Translations under genes and position numbers: made by a program | Assembly (NCBI GenBank): GCA_030390025.1 | Contig: CM059432.1 | Coordinates: 25,484,001 to 25,548,000 of the forward strand | DNA from: Squalus acanthias | Taxonomy: Eukaryota | Direction: 5' to 3' | Length of the DNA stretch: 64,000 nt | Notes under the pieces: model-generated | Databases searched by the model: none | What the model was told of the DNA's origin: nothing | The model's input: the letters and a program-made list of their open reading frames with translations, nothing else | Shown: one piece after another, positions 51,077-64,000 of the stretch | Numbering within the stretch: the stretch's first letter is position 1 | Layout: every line of letters starts with the position of its first letter

Positions 51077-51427
51077 ACATAGAAACATAGAAACATAGAA
51101 TCTAGGAGCAGGAGTAGGCCATTCGGCCCGTCGAGCCTGCTCCACCATTCAATACGATCATGGCTGATCATCCAAATCCAGTACCCTGTCCCTGCTTTAA
51201 TCCCCACAGTACACATATCCCACCCTACCCCCGTAACCCCACGTATTTAATTCCCCCTAACATATCCCATCCTATCCCCATAACCCCACATATTTAATCC
51301 CCCCCTAACACTAAGGGTCAATTTATCATAGCCAAATCAACCTAACCCGCACATTTTTGGACTGTGGGAGGAAACCGGAGCACCCGGAGGAAACCCACGC
51401 AGACACGGGGAGAATGTGCAAACTCCA
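51077..51427 (-). mobile_element. 5'-truncated copy of the same HE1-like SINE
   Basis: Near-identical to 5365-5700; lacks the tRNA head. Confidence 0.88.
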
Positions 51428-52449
51428 ATGAACCTAGATGAGATTCATTGGCATGAAAATCATAGTATCAATGAGCGTTTCCGATGCTTATATGATTATA
51501 GCTACGTGCAAAAACTGGAAGGTCATTATCTTGGCATGGTGAAGCCCAGCATGATCAGGTTACTGGTACAGGCTTTTTGGACCGAGAAAGCTCAGTGAAG
51601 AATGCCATCGAGGAGAGCAGAAAAGGAGACAAGGTAAATCAGGAAGTCTTGGGTTGATGGTGACAAGCTTGAAGGTTGTAGGAGGCAAGAACATTGATGG
51701 AGGGAAGGAAAACCAAAAAATAAGCAGATGCTGGAAACACTCAGCAGGTCAGGAAGCATCTGTGGAAAGAAAAAGGTAGGGTTAACCTTTCAGGTTGATG
51801 ACCTTTCGTCGGGACAATGAGGGAGGTAAGAAGTTCTGGGGAAAGAATGAGTTAGTGTGGGAGAGGGTGCCAATAGTCTTTCCAGCTCAAATGAATCTTG
51901 AGTTCTATTTTTAAAAGACTACTCAAATGAAACCTCTGTGAGGGTTATATTAACAAAGTGGTTAGCCAGTTCATTTAAATGGGTTAAAATGGTGCACACA
52001 TGTATTGTTACCCGAGTCCATTAATCAGTCATTAAAAATAAAACTCAGTGATTTCTAGCCCTTCATTTCTAGCCTGTGGGAATGCAGGGAGGTGGAAGAG
52101 CATGTAGTGTGTCGACTGGTGCAGTAATGGAGAGTTGATGGGAAGCCTCAGGGCCGATATCACAGTGAATCTGAACTGACAGTTACACAATAAAGACTCT
52201 CTTCTATTCTTTAAGCCCTTCATTGCAGAACAGTTTTTTTTTTCACCTTTGAGGAACTCCTGAATAAAAGTGCCTTTTATACTTATTGGAACAAGACAGT
52301 GTAGTGAGCTCAGAGGTATGACACTTATACTGGCTCATACTAGGAGTTAATGAGTCCTGAAGGAGTCTTGCCATGCACTTATGTTGCTGCGTTTTCACCG
52401 ATAGCAATGCCAAAGTCTCAGCAAATTGGTGACGTAAACTTGGATAAAA

Positions 52450-52875
52450 TGGCTTGTATTCCCTTGAGTATAGAAGATTGAAGGTTGATCTGATCGAGGT
52501 ATTTAAAATGTTAAAAGGATTTGATAGGATAGATACGGAGAAACTATTTCCTCTGGTGGGGGCAATCAAGGACAAGGTGACATAATCTTAAAATTTGAGC
52601 TAGGCCATTCAGGAACGAAATCAGGAAGCACTTTTTCACACAAAGGGCGAAGAAATCTGGAATTCTCTCCCCTCCCCCTGCTCCACCATAAGGCTGTGGA
52701 TGCTAGCACAATTGGAACTTTCAAGACTGAGAATGATAGATTTTTATTAGTTAAGGGTATCAGGGATTATGGAGCAAAGGCGGATAAGTGGAGTTGAGAT
52801 GCAGATCAGCTGTGATCTACTTGAATGGCGGAGCAGTCTCGAGGGGCTAAATGGCCTAATCTTAATGTTCCTATG
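52450..52875 (+). mobile_element. CR1 3' fragment; further CR1 pieces at about 30240-30760 (+), 57940-58190 (-) and 61070-61260 (+)
   Basis: LEYRRLKVDLIEVFKMLKGFD-like sequence and CR1 3' UTR. Confidence 0.8.
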
Positions 52876-53809
52876 CAAACAAGGTTGTGCTCCTGTCACC
52901 AGAGGCAGTCTGCACCACCATAAGAAATTGTTTTGGCCCAGGCCCCTGATGGCAGCACCTCTACTTGTCTAGTTTTAGGCCAGATGGTCTGGTGTTCGAG
53001 GGACTGTCCAGAAATTTCTAATATGATTTTGAAAACAAAATGATTCGAAAAGAAAAGAATGACTTGCATTTATATAGCGCCTTTTACGACAACTGGACGT
53101 CTCAAAGCGCTTTACAGCCAATGAAGTACTTTTTTTTGAAGTGTAGTCACTGTTGTAATGCAGGAATATAAGATTTTCTGACAAACCCTGCAAATATTTA
53201 CAATTGGCTCCCAGACCTCCATTACCTCAAATTTAAAATTCTTATCCTCATTTTTAAATCCTACCATGGCCTCAGTGCTCCCTATCTCTATAAACTCATC
53301 CAGCTCTACAAACAACCTCCACCCTGACCTCTCCATTCCTCTGTCTCCGGCCTCTACTGTATGCCTCCCCCCTCTTCCTTCCTTTATTGGTGGCAGTACT
53401 TTCGGCTACCTAGGCCCCGCACTTTGGAATTCCCTCCCTAAACCACTCCGCCTTGGCCGCCATTTTGTCCTGTGAAGTGACTTGGCAATGGTTATCTGCA
53501 GGGCGGGGGAGGGCGGGGTGACTTTCCTGGGGACTTCTCCTGCTCCGCCGCTGTAACCTTGCCGATATCCTGTTCACTGCCGACCTTCTGCCAATGTTAC
53601 AGAGGCGGAACGGCAGGAGCCTTGAGGAAATTCGAGGAAAGGCGCTAGAGAAATGCAAGTTGCTGTTGTTGTTGTTACCACACACAGTGCGATTTGCTGC
53701 ACCAGTACCACAAACTTTGCATACAAAAGGCAGAGAAAAGACTAGTTTCTGTGCAGATCTGAGTAACAACCAACGTATGATGTGGTCTCTCAATGTCTCT
53801 TAATCTCTC

Positions 53810-54045
53810 CTGCCTTCTATACTACCACTGACCTTCCCTTTTGTTCTTTCATCCCCTCCCCCTTTTCCTAGCATTATACTTGCTTTAAATCTATTTCATT
53901 TCCTGCTTTTTGCCAGTTCTGATGAAGGGTCTTCGACCTGAAACATTAACTCTGTTTCTCTCTCCACGGATGCTGCCTGGCCTGCTGAGTTTTTCCAGCG
54001 TTTTCTGTTGTTATTTCAGATTTCCAGCATCCGCAGTATTTTGCT
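53810..54045 (+). mobile_element. Penelope-like pseudo-LTR fragment of a second family, with hammerhead motif at 53915-53951
   Basis: AGTT-CTGATGA-AGGGTC(ttc)GACCT-GAAACATT-AACT followed by GATGCTGCCTGGCCTGCTGAG...TTCCAGCATC; degraded minus-strand relatives near 51720-51815 and 40100-40200. Confidence 0.7.
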
Positions 54046-54787
54046 ATCGTATGATGTGGTGACATTAGATACTAAGGTTTGCAATGAATTTTCAACAGCA
54101 GCCAAGCAGGGCAACTACTGAGGGGGGCAATTAAGTGACACCCACATACCGAGAATGAATTTTTAAAAATGATACGAACTCAAGCATGTGAACCATGATC
54201 CCACACCCCAACCCTTCCCGACTCCTGCTGCATTCCTAACCTGCCCCTATCTATTATTGGACTTGACAGAACTCGGCAACCCTACTGAGCCTAGAAAGGT
54301 GACCTCTACAACACCGCCCATGTTAAACAAATCTACCACTTTCTTTCTTTACAGAGAATTATGAACCTGCACGTACGGTTAGACAAAAAAAAAAGTGCTG
54401 CAGCGAGCGATTGTGGAACAATAATAAGGTTTTTCCTGTGGCAGGGTGACATTGTGTTAACATCAGAGGCACTGCAGCATGTACAGGAGGAGATGGACAG
54501 TGCTGATGAGACAGGAAGGAGCACTGGACTGGTGATTAGCAAGAAAGGCAATGTGATGAGTGATAGGAAAAGAATTAATTAGCATCTGAATACGGATGAG
54601 CGGGAGAAGATTTTGGAAACATTGGTGCATTCACATGTCGGTGGGGCTCTGACACAAGCAACGAAATGATGTACAGGGTTATTTTAATTTTTTTTCTCCC
54701 AATCTTCCTTTCGAAAATGAGAAAAGTCTGGGATAAGAAAAAGCCATTTGTCACTTCAAAGCTCATTGCTCTAGCACCTCCAACTCG

Positions 54788-55263
54788 TGTCAGCCAGTGG
54801 TTCAGTGGGTAGCACTTTTGCCTCTGAGTCAGAAGGTTGTGGGTTCAAAGTCCCACTCCAGGGACTTGAGCACATAAAGCTAGGCTGACACTCCAGTGCA
54901 GTGCTGAGGGAGTGCTGCACTGTCGGAGATGCCGTCTTTTGGATGAGATGTCAAACCGAGGCCCCGTCTGCTCTCTCAGGTGGACGTAAAAGATCCCATG
55001 GCACTATTTTTGAAGAAGAGCAGGGGAGTTATCCCCGGTGTCCTGGCCAATATTTATCCCTCAATCAACATAACAAAAACAGATTATCTGGTCATTATCA
55101 CATTGCTGTTTGGGGGAGCTTGCTGTGCACAAATTGGCTGCCGCGTTTCCCACATTACAACAGTGACTACACTTCAAAAAAGTACTTCATTGGCTGTAAA
55201 GCACTTTGCGACGTCCGGTGGTCGTGAAAGGCGCTATAGAAATGCAAGTCTTTCTTTTTTTTT
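54788..55263 (+). mobile_element. SacSINE1/DeuSINE-like SINE
   Basis: Collinear with 9997-10460, full length. Confidence 0.87.
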
Positions 55264-55768
55264 ATCATAGCATCTAACTGAATGTTGGAATATCCCCAAT
55301 GCTTTTGCCTGGCTGGCAGATTATTCCAAATATTTATCATTCTTTAACTATCAGTGTTTAAATTATTTTTCACCAAGCTTTCTTCATAATCTTCTGGTTC
55401 CACTTTCCCGCCGTAAGTCATACTGTATCAGGTTGACACGAGCAATGGCCACCCTCTGGTAACCCTGCCAATGAGCCATTTTTCACATGTGAACCTAGAC
55501 AGTCAAGGGGCGATTTCAATTGAGAGCGTGTGGTGGAGGGGTTGAGGTGGGCGATGTACTCAAAAGACATAGTCGGGGTGAAGCCCAGCTGATTTTGCCC
55601 TGGCCTCATTATAATATGATTGGTGGGCTTGCCGGCCGATCGCTTCTCCGCACAATTTCCGGCAGCAACCGTGAGGCAGTATATTTAAAGGACGATTACA
55701 TCTCTTAGAGTGAGGTCGCTTTCATTAAATTTCAACACTCTTTTCATACTGAATTATTACTGTGCTGG

Positions 55769-57330
55769 ATGTTGAGGATGGCTGGAGGGAGGGGAAAAGT
55801 TGCTCCAAATTTTTCTGATGCCTCCCTGGAGGGGTTTCTGGCAGTGGTCAGGGTCAGGAGGGATGCGCTTTTTGTACAAAGTGGGAAGAGGATGCCCAAC
55901 AGCCTCTCAAAGAAAGCCTGGTTAGAGGTGGCAGAGGAAGTGAATCGCAAAAGCATTACTCCCAGATCCTGTGCAGGAAGAAATTCAATGACCTCACAAG
56001 ATCAGAAAAGGTGAGTACAACTCATTGCAATTGCACATGGTCACAGTCCTTTTGCTTCCTTCCCCCTGCATCACATCCACCACCACCAATCACAAGGGCG
56101 CACTGTACCACCTCTCATGTTCACTTCTTGTTGTTGTTTCATATGACAGGAAAAGCTTATAATGAGCTGTCGAGTTTGGCTATCCATTCGATGGCCTCCT
56201 GAGATGCCGTGTGGAGAAATGAGGTGCCTCCCACAACAGATCTTAGTGGGCAGGTTGATGTGATGTGCTCAATGGTCTGGGACTCATGGCCACAGTCGTA
56301 CTTCGGGTCTTCCCTCATCTTCCACTTGTGGAACAGGTTGGTGGCCGCATCTTCCTTTAGCTGTGCGGATTCGGCTGAGCTCTGTCCACTGTCTTCGAGG
56401 GAGGTCGAAATCAGGGACCTCTGCTGTTGGGTCAGTGGTGAGTTGGTGGTTCTTTATGTTGCATGTGTTCCACGATTCCGTCCATCTGGATAGTGGGTCG
56501 ATACCAGCTGCATGAATATTGACTGCTGATTCCTAGAATGGACAGTGTGATTTTAAGCGCTTTCGTGGTGGGTTTTTCAAGTTTTCGTGAATGGAAAGGT
56601 CAATGTTGCTCATGACTTTTTCTATCTCACGGAGCAGGGTGGCGTCGCGGTGAAATGCAGGCAGGGCGATGTGGGACAGCACCGGGGGCCACTCAGTTGG
56701 AGTGGACTTGACATCGTCCTCGTGGTGGAGCGGCTTTTTGCAGAGAGAGCTTAAGCAGCTTTTTCACTCTGCGTTTGTATTCGGTGGTAGTTGTCACACA
56801 CTCACCTATTCATTGCTGCCTTCGCGTCTTCCACTAACTGCATGCTCTTCTCACCTGGTGTCAATTTCAGAACCTGCACCTTCTCTCATAACTCCTTCCT
56901 CAATTCACACTCAAGCCACTTCCTTCCCACTCAACACCTCCCCATTCGCCTAGCATCTTGCTTCTTCCCGCTCTCAGTTTGTGCACTACATGCATAAGCC
57001 CACATATGTGCTCTTGCCTTCTCAGTCACCACTCATATGTCTTTTGTTCCCTTTCTGCAGGAGAAGATAGCACACATGGCTTTTGAATGGGGTGGGGAGG
57101 ATATATACTGTGATGCACAAGGCATTGCAGTTGTGTGGGACAGGCTGGATGGACCAGTGGGCCTTTTCCTGTCTGCCATAGTGCGTATGTTAAATATATA
57201 ACATGAGGAAGAGAAATAAGATGGGGAGAGGAGCAGCTGACATCATGGCCCTCTTCCATGTGGAGCAAGAGGCTATGGGAATAAGTACAACATCAAGAGC
57301 AAGCAACATTGGAGATGCAGAGGCTGGTGG
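55769..57330 (+). pseudogene. Harbinger Myb/SANT-like DNA-binding gene relic (two exons)
   Basis: APNFSDASLEGFL...RRDALF...KKAWLEVAEEVN...CRKKFNDL, donor AG|GTGAGT at 56011, acceptor TTTCTGCAG at 57060, then EKIAH...NMRKRNKMGRG. Confidence 0.8.
56128..56790 (-). mobile_element. 3' fragment of a Vingi/Ingi-like non-LTR retrotransposon
   Basis: Minus-strand FDLPRRQWTELSRIRTAKGRCG / FHKWKMREDPKYDCGHESQTIEHITSTCP...AIEWIAKL*, short 3' UTR and (CAA)n tail. Confidence 0.7.
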
Positions 57331-58799
57331 GTTTTTGAGCAGGGTGACTGCTCATCACTTGTATCCCTTCATGAACCATAGGCAAGTGCACCGTCAGTCA
57401 ACTTCACAATCTCAGGCGTATATGTGACTCCAGTCCCACTCCCATGACTCGCCGAAGGGTGATGGGTGCTCTCTTAGCTCTGCTGAACAGGACAAAGATG
57501 CAGACTTCAGGGTCCTGGCCATAAAAAGAAAGATGCTTGAGACACACAAGTGATTATATGATGTATTGGAAGGCCTGCCAAAGTCTTTGAGCACCACGTC
57601 TGAGAGTACAGAAGACACGTCCAGCATGTGTGGAGTTTGCCCATGGTATTTCCACTCTGCAAGCTACCTTGAAGCATGTGACCACCTGCAGCAGGACCCT
57701 CACAGCAGGAGTATGTTTCCGCAGCCTTTGCAGCTTTCATAGAAGCGCAGATGGCTAACATCCAGACTCTGGGCTCCAATGTCTGCTCCACTTTGGAAAG
57801 AATGATGTATCACATGGACAGAAACTTTCACGGTATCACTCATCTCCTGCAGTGTGCTCTCCCTCAGATCAGAGTGATGAGTGCAGCCCCATGGGAGTGA
57901 CAGTGGCACTACAGGGTGGGCAAGTGTTGCCCTCTCTCAGGAATACATAGGATATACGGCACAGAAACAGGCCATTTGGCCCAACCAGTCCATGCCGACG
58001 TTTATGCTCCACTTGAGCCTCCTCCCGTCTTTCCTCATCTAACTCTATCAGCATAACCCTCAATTCCCTTCTCCCTCATATGCTTATCTAGCCTCCCAAT
58101 AAATGCATCTATACTATTCGCTTCAACCACTCCCTGTGGCAGCGAGTTCCACATTCTCACCACTCACTGGGTAAAGAAGTTCATTCTGAATGGCAGCACG
58201 TCTGCTCCCTCACATTCCCCCCTCAACCAATATTGCAATGGTACCTTAAAGTTGACTGGGCCAGACAGCCCCAGCAGCAGCTGAAGAGCTGCAGTCTGCA
58301 GACAAGCCCTCACAGGCACGGGTTCCCAGAGGTCATCAGCCACGAGCACCTGATGGGTCCCACCATTATCCACAGCAGCCTACCACTAGCTCTGCTGAAG
58401 CCACTAGGGGGGCACCTCGTCGAAGTAGCAGAGTGAGTAAACCGACTTTCAAAAAGGGCACTGTGTCTGACACTTGGGTGGTTAATGATTTGATGCAACT
58501 GATTGTGTTTGGGCGCACATTAGCACCTTCATCGCTTTTGGAACTTTGGTCTGAAGAGTATTTGCAGAGTAGCTTATGAGTCTGCCTTGTCAGTCATTGA
58601 TGTAAAAGTTGTCTGAATGGTTTCAATGTTATACAATGCAGGATTAAATGAATGACTACTGAGGTCACCAGGACTGATACTGCAAAGGGGATTGGTTTCA
58701 GTTTTCATGGAAGGGTTACTGAGCGGTTCACCTGTGCTGCTGAGCAATTTAATGCAACTCTACCTGCAAAGTGTTACGCTGGCCCAGTTCCCTTGCTGC

Positions 58800-60120
58800 T
58801 CCCTCGCCTTCGCTTATCTGTTCCTCAGCAGCTGAAGGCTCTTCTTACCCATCTGCCTCCTCCAGCTACAATCCTCTCTGGATATTATGCAGGACGCAGC
58901 AGGCCAATATTTTGCGGGAGACTCTCCACGGAGCAAAATGCAGGGAGCCGCCGGACATATGAGGACACCTGAGCCTTGGCTTAAGGAGCCCGATAGTGAG
59001 ATCGATGATCCTCCTTGTGGTGCCATGGCTCTTGTTATACTTGAACTGCTCAGGCATGCTGGAGTTGCGAAGGGGTGTCATAAGCCATGGTAGAAGGGGG
59101 TAGGGCTTGTTCTCAAGCAGCTATCCTCAAATATTCCTGGCAGGGTGGGAAAGTGGGTGGGATATTTGACTGACGCAAGACAAATGCATCATGGCAGGTG
59201 GGAATAGAGCACAGACTTGCATGATCGGTTTGTTGTGATCACATAAAAGCTCAGGCTGGTCCTGAGGTGACCTGATGGTAATATGAGTGCAGTCAATACT
59301 GCCTTGCACTCAGGGGAAGCAAGCCATTCCAAGGCCCTCTCAGTTTGACTTTGTCATTAATGGGAAATGATATTGAAAAAAGAAAGAACTTACATTTCAC
59401 ATCCTCAGGAAGTCCCAAAGCATTTTACAGCCAATAAAATATATTTGAAGTGTAATCACTGTTGTAATGTAGGAAACGCAGAAGCCAATTTGCGCAAACA
59501 GTAATGTGATAATGACCAGATAATCTGTTTTACTGATGTTGGTTGAGGGATAAGTATTGGCCAGGACACCAGGGAGAACTTCCCTACTCTTCTTCAAAAT
59601 AGTGCCATGGAATTTTTTACATCCACCTGTGAGGGCAGACAGGGTTTAACATCTCAACCGAAAGACGGCACATCCGACAGTACAGCACTTCCTCAGTATT
59701 GCACTGGAGTGTCAGTCTAGATTTTGTGCTCAAGTTTCTGGCGTGGGACTTGAACCCATGACCTTTTAACACAGAGGCGAGAGCTCTACCCTTGAGCCAT
59801 GGCTGACACCTCAAATGTGCTACAGTAGTTTGTCCTCACCAATAATACATTGGTCACCTCCTTGATGCAAGTATGGACCGCCTATAGCAAGATGCATGAT
59901 ACGTCCCCAGTAGCACCCTAGAACGATCCTAAAGCAAAGAAGTTTACAGTCACTGGCATTGCATGGCTCCCTTGCGCAGCTGGTCACAGCAGGTCGCAGG
60001 CCTTCTTGCAGGAAGTTGCATAGGTCAGAAACAACCTGCTTGGATAAGCACAGCCTCCTCAACCACTGCTCCTCAGATATTTCTCGAAGGTCACCCTTGG
60101 TCCTGTTGGGTGAGTAAGGC
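58800..60120 (-). pseudogene. Harbinger DDE transposase relic, split by a SINE
   Basis: SEEQWLRRLCLSKQVVSDLC, QGSIDCTHITIRSP, YNKSHGTTRRIIDLTIGLLKPRLRC...GGSLHF...ACCVLHNI. Confidence 0.88.
59376..59808 (-). mobile_element. SacSINE1/DeuSINE-like SINE inside the Harbinger transposase; partial copies near 26106, 32220-32600, 42400-42660, 46715-46960, 48910-49085 and 53050-53165
   Basis: Reverse complement of the same family. Confidence 0.85.
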
Positions 60121-62089
60121 CTACTGTGAGCAGAGGCCCAACTGTGGCTCCTCCAGCATGCTGAGGGCTCGGCTGCTGTCGCTGCTCTTCCTCCTCCTCC
60201 TCCACCCAGTACAATGCAGCAACCCATCACAGCTTATTGAGGGTGAGTAAGCTAAAGAATTTATAACAAATAAGCAGTCTGGAAAGTGCTAAATCACTCT
60301 AACTGCAACACGCTCAGTAACATACAGATCGAACTGTCTCCAGCACCTGATCTCTTTAAATACTGCAGCCTCCTGCCACTGGAATCACCCAACGGGCTGG
60401 CCAATGGGCAGAACATCCATGCTTTTGGATTAAGATCCCGTCGGGTCCTCAGTGTATCAAAAGACTCCAATTTGCACGACATTAATGAGACTCCCACCTG
60501 CCTGTAGTGGGAGCCTCAGCCGACTGTAAAGTGCATGCAGTTAAAATGGCACCGGGTGGGAAGTGAGCGTCAATGGGCCGGTAAGTACATTCGTCTGATT
60601 TTAACCCCTCACACAGCCCGTTCCCACCCGGCAGGAGGGGATTAAAATTCCCCCGAGTGTCAGGGAGTAGAAGCATCACAGTCGAATCTGATCCTGACCT
60701 CAACAGATGTCCACACTTTTACACAATTACGAGCAAGAATCATGCGAACACTGACTGAACATCCCCCTAGCCTGGGAGCATTAAGATCAATAGTACTGCC
60801 TCTACTGCTACCCCAGATGAAATCAGCTAACTTACTACGAGATCTTAGATCTAACCTGGGGCATTCTATTCCTTTCCTGTAGGCCTCATTTCTACACTGG
60901 AAATTCTTCACTCAACTGAATTATCAGGGCAGCTTCCTAGAGGGCTTTTAAGGTAGAGTCGCATAAAAATCTTTAGGCCAGATACCGAAACAGAGACATT
61001 GCAGTACCTCTAATGTATTACCTATACCAAATTCTGATTTTTCACTAAAACTACCAGCAGGAGGAAATTACCAGCAGCCGACGGAAGTGGTGGAAACAGA
61101 GACACTCAATGTTTTCAAGGGGAGACTGCATAAGCACTTGAGGGAAATAAACGGAGATAGAGCGGGGAAATGAGACTGACTGGATTGCTCTACAGAGAGC
61201 CGGCATGGACTCGATGGGCCGAATGGCCTCCTTCTGTGCCGTTATGACTATGACTATGATTAAGCAATTTTACCCCTTTCTCTTTTAAGGGAAAAAATTG
61301 GGAAAGAATAGATTATATAATTTTTTTTTAAAAAGCGCATATATTGAATAGCAAAGAAAAGACAATAGGGTGATTCTAGGAATGACAGGGACAACAGGAT
61401 TAAGATGAGGAGATATCCTATTTTAAAAGGATAATGAACATTATAATATGTAAGATTGAATGTAGATTTGTATTGCTTTAAATCTTTGCAGCTTTGAAAT
61501 GGATGCTGGAGTCAGTTATAGGTCAGGCCGCACATCAGAATCGTGTGCTTGTTTGATTGACAGGTGCATTAAGAAGCCAAAGATAATGGAACTGGTATGT
61601 TCTTGCAGAAAGGGAGCCGAAACAGGCAATTTTAATATTGCTTTGTATCTGTAAGAAAGAGTCCTAAGTACAAGAGGTAGAAACATAAATGTTCCTACAT
61701 TGTAAGAAGTATTGTTTAAAAAGATTACATTTTTCTGAATTTATATCTGGCTTCGTGCTGTTCAATTGTTGTTTCAACTTACATGGACTGCTCCAGCTCT
61801 TGAGAAAGTAACGGTCGGAGTGTGGTGTCAGTCACATGTTAGTATAAGCCAATCATGGGCAAGTAAAAGGAATTTGGGTAGATTAGAACTCATTTGGGGG
61901 GCAATAATAATACATTTGACTATGATTAAGTGGCTGAGAAGGGTAACGGAAAAGTGTGACAGGAAGGCAAAACTTACAAGGAAAATAGGACAAGTTCTAT
62001 CCTATTGAGCACAGCAGAGCAAAATCCTCGACTGAGGAAAAAAAAGGACTGAAGGTCTATAGTGAAAAGAAAATAGTTGGGGCCAGCGA

Positions 62090-63380
62090 AACTGAAATTG
62101 TAGAAGTTGCAGAGGGCATCAGTGAGTTCCAGATGTAGATGGATACAGACTGGACAAGGGGTGAAAGAAAGGCATCAAGTTAATTAGTTCAGTGGGACAA
62201 GAGCAAGTAGGAAACAATTAGTCTACCAGAGCAGTCCTGGTTTTGTATCTTGGGAAGAAAGTAGAAATGGCCTGCATGGGGTTGGGAACTATGAGGTTGG
62301 TGGCAATGGAGCAAAGATCTTCAGAAGAGATGAGATTGGTCACAGTCTGGGAAATAATGGCTTTTTGTTTGCGAGTGGGATCGTAGATCATAGTCCAGAG
62401 GGATCATACAACAGTGCGCCTCCTTTGTCAGTAGGTTTGATGATGATGTTGGGGTTCGGACTGAGGTTACGATGTTCTGCGAGTTCAGAGGGACATAGAT
62501 TAGAGTGAGCAAGGGGAGTGGAGAAACTGACACATGCCAATATCACGATGACAGTTCTCAATGAAAAGATAAAGGGAAGGCAAGAGGCCAGGTGATGGGG
62601 TAAACAAAGATAGCGAATTCTGGAGACAACAGAAAGGGTCAGATGCACAGAGGTAAAAGTGGTAGAGGTACAGCTCAGAATCATATCAAGCTTAAATTTT
62701 GTTGACATTTGGATGTAAGGGGAGGAAGCTAAGGCCCTTGATGAGGACGGATCATTCAGGGTCAAGGAGGAGAAGGTCAGAGGACATTGGGAAAATCCAT
62801 AAGGAGTGAGAATGGAAGGGGAAATGGGGTTGGAGAAAAACAAAGAGAACAAGGGATCAGGAGGTAAGCTGGCATGCAAGAGTTGTTTTGAGTTTTTTGT
62901 TAAAGCCCCAGATGACATAGAGGATGAAATGGATTTAAGTTAGAAAATAAAGTGAGACAATGGTGCTGCAAAGAGAAGTGAGGAACATACATGCAGCGAT
63001 GCATGATGGAGAGGGTGGATTTCATGGGAGAGCAATAGTTAGAGAAACATTGAATATCACAGAGATATTGGTGATCATGGGTAGTTCCAAAACAGGAAGG
63101 TTGAAGTTTGAACCAAAATCAATGCGGAATTAGTCGGAGCTGGAGAAAGGTACTGAGAAAAGAAAGGTGGCTGTGAAAGCGAGTCTTAGCAAACACATGA
63201 TCAAAAACCAGTAGGGAAGGGAATAGGAATGAAGATGAACAAGGCAAAAGAAACAAACAGAAATCAAGGTGAAGAGTCGAAGAGAACTTCTTCAAGACTG
63301 CCTTACATGAAAGGGAACTGGTAGTAAAATGAAATAATACAAGTAAAAAGCAAAATACTGCAGATAGTGGAAATCAATAG
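62090..63380 (-). mobile_element. Old Penelope-like element fragment (N-terminal/RT region)
   Basis: Minus-strand NPNIIIKPTDKGGA (PLE KPADKG motif) and a GRLIVS-like motif; multiple frameshifts. Confidence 0.65.
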
Positions 63381-63724
63381 TTAAATAAATGCTGAGATAT
63401 AACTTGTCTCCAGTAGAAAGCCCCTTTCACTGCCTTATCTTCACATACAACAGACAGAACCACCAAGAAAGAAACTTAATGAGATCAACATGCTTCAGGT
63501 GTTGAATACACTGCACATACTGACAGATAGAAAGAATTGATTTTCCAGGTGTAATATAATTGAAGAGGGTCATTCATGAACTTGAATTACATTGCAATTC
63601 AATTTGGTTCCAGCCTTTTAATCACCCGTTATATTCATTATTCATTATAACAAGTATGCAATTACAGAAGGTAGTATCAAAGGTACGCTATAAGGCACAG
63701 TTCTGTCAATAACAAATGATTAGT

Positions 63725-64000
63725 TTCCCCAAAACTTCAGTGGAGAAGTACACATCTTCTGCTGTGCTGAGCCATTCAAACTAGCAGGTCTTATTTCCCA
63801 TCACCAGTCTGTGCTCAGCTAGCTAATCTCAGCTGGGGCTGCAGGTGGGGGACTAGAATTAGCATCAGCACTCCTGGATTAAGGGAGAGAGAAAATGGAC
63901 AGGTTTCCATTTCTGGTCACTTTCCAGTGACCCCTGCTTGAAATCGTGCATATGTGGATGCGGACAGGATCGGGCTCAGCTGTGGTGTCCTCTAAGGTGC
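63725..64000 (+). mobile_element. Old SINE-like interspersed repeat (diverged pieces near 2620-2870, 12025-12140 and 39700-39880)
   Basis: Recurrent motifs TCTGTGCTNAGTTAGCTGATCTCAGCT and GAGGACAGGATCGGGCTCAGCTGTG. Confidence 0.5.

Larger units (their letters stand above)
55507..60654. mobile_element. Decayed two-gene PIF/Harbinger transposon with nested insertions
   Basis: Convergent Myb/SANT gene (+) and DDE transposase (-); weak TIR-like ends GGGGCGATTTCAAT and ATTAAAATTCCCCC. Confidence 0.8.

Overview
Eukaryotic, repeat-dominated vertebrate DNA, most likely intronic or intergenic sequence of a cartilaginous fish (shark). The lineage is inferred from HE1-like and SacSINE1/DeuSINE-like SINEs and HER1/CR1-like LINE tails, recognised from memory. 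No host protein-coding exon could be recognised, and most short ORFs are TE fragments or noise. The main feature is an intact, very young Gypsy/Ty3 LTR retrotransposon (18295-22804: identical 215-bp LTRs, ATAGT TSD, one 1313-aa Gag-Pol ORF) nested in a decayed PIF/Harbinger transposon. It has no tRNA primer-binding site; the 13 nt at the PBS position are perfectly complementary to its own LTR, suggesting self-priming, and it carries non-canonical YLDN (RT) and DSC (protease) motifs. Also present: two neighbouring Penelope-like insertions with inverted pseudo-LTRs carrying minimal hammerhead ribozymes on both strands, a 1743-bp TG...CA solo-LTR-like element with a 4-bp TSD, a second two-gene Harbinger relic with nested Vingi/CR1/SINE insertions, many 3-bp-TSD MITEs, CR1/L2 fragments, and a few unique islands that may be enhancers or non-coding exons. 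Boundaries of old repeats are approximate and family names need database confirmation.
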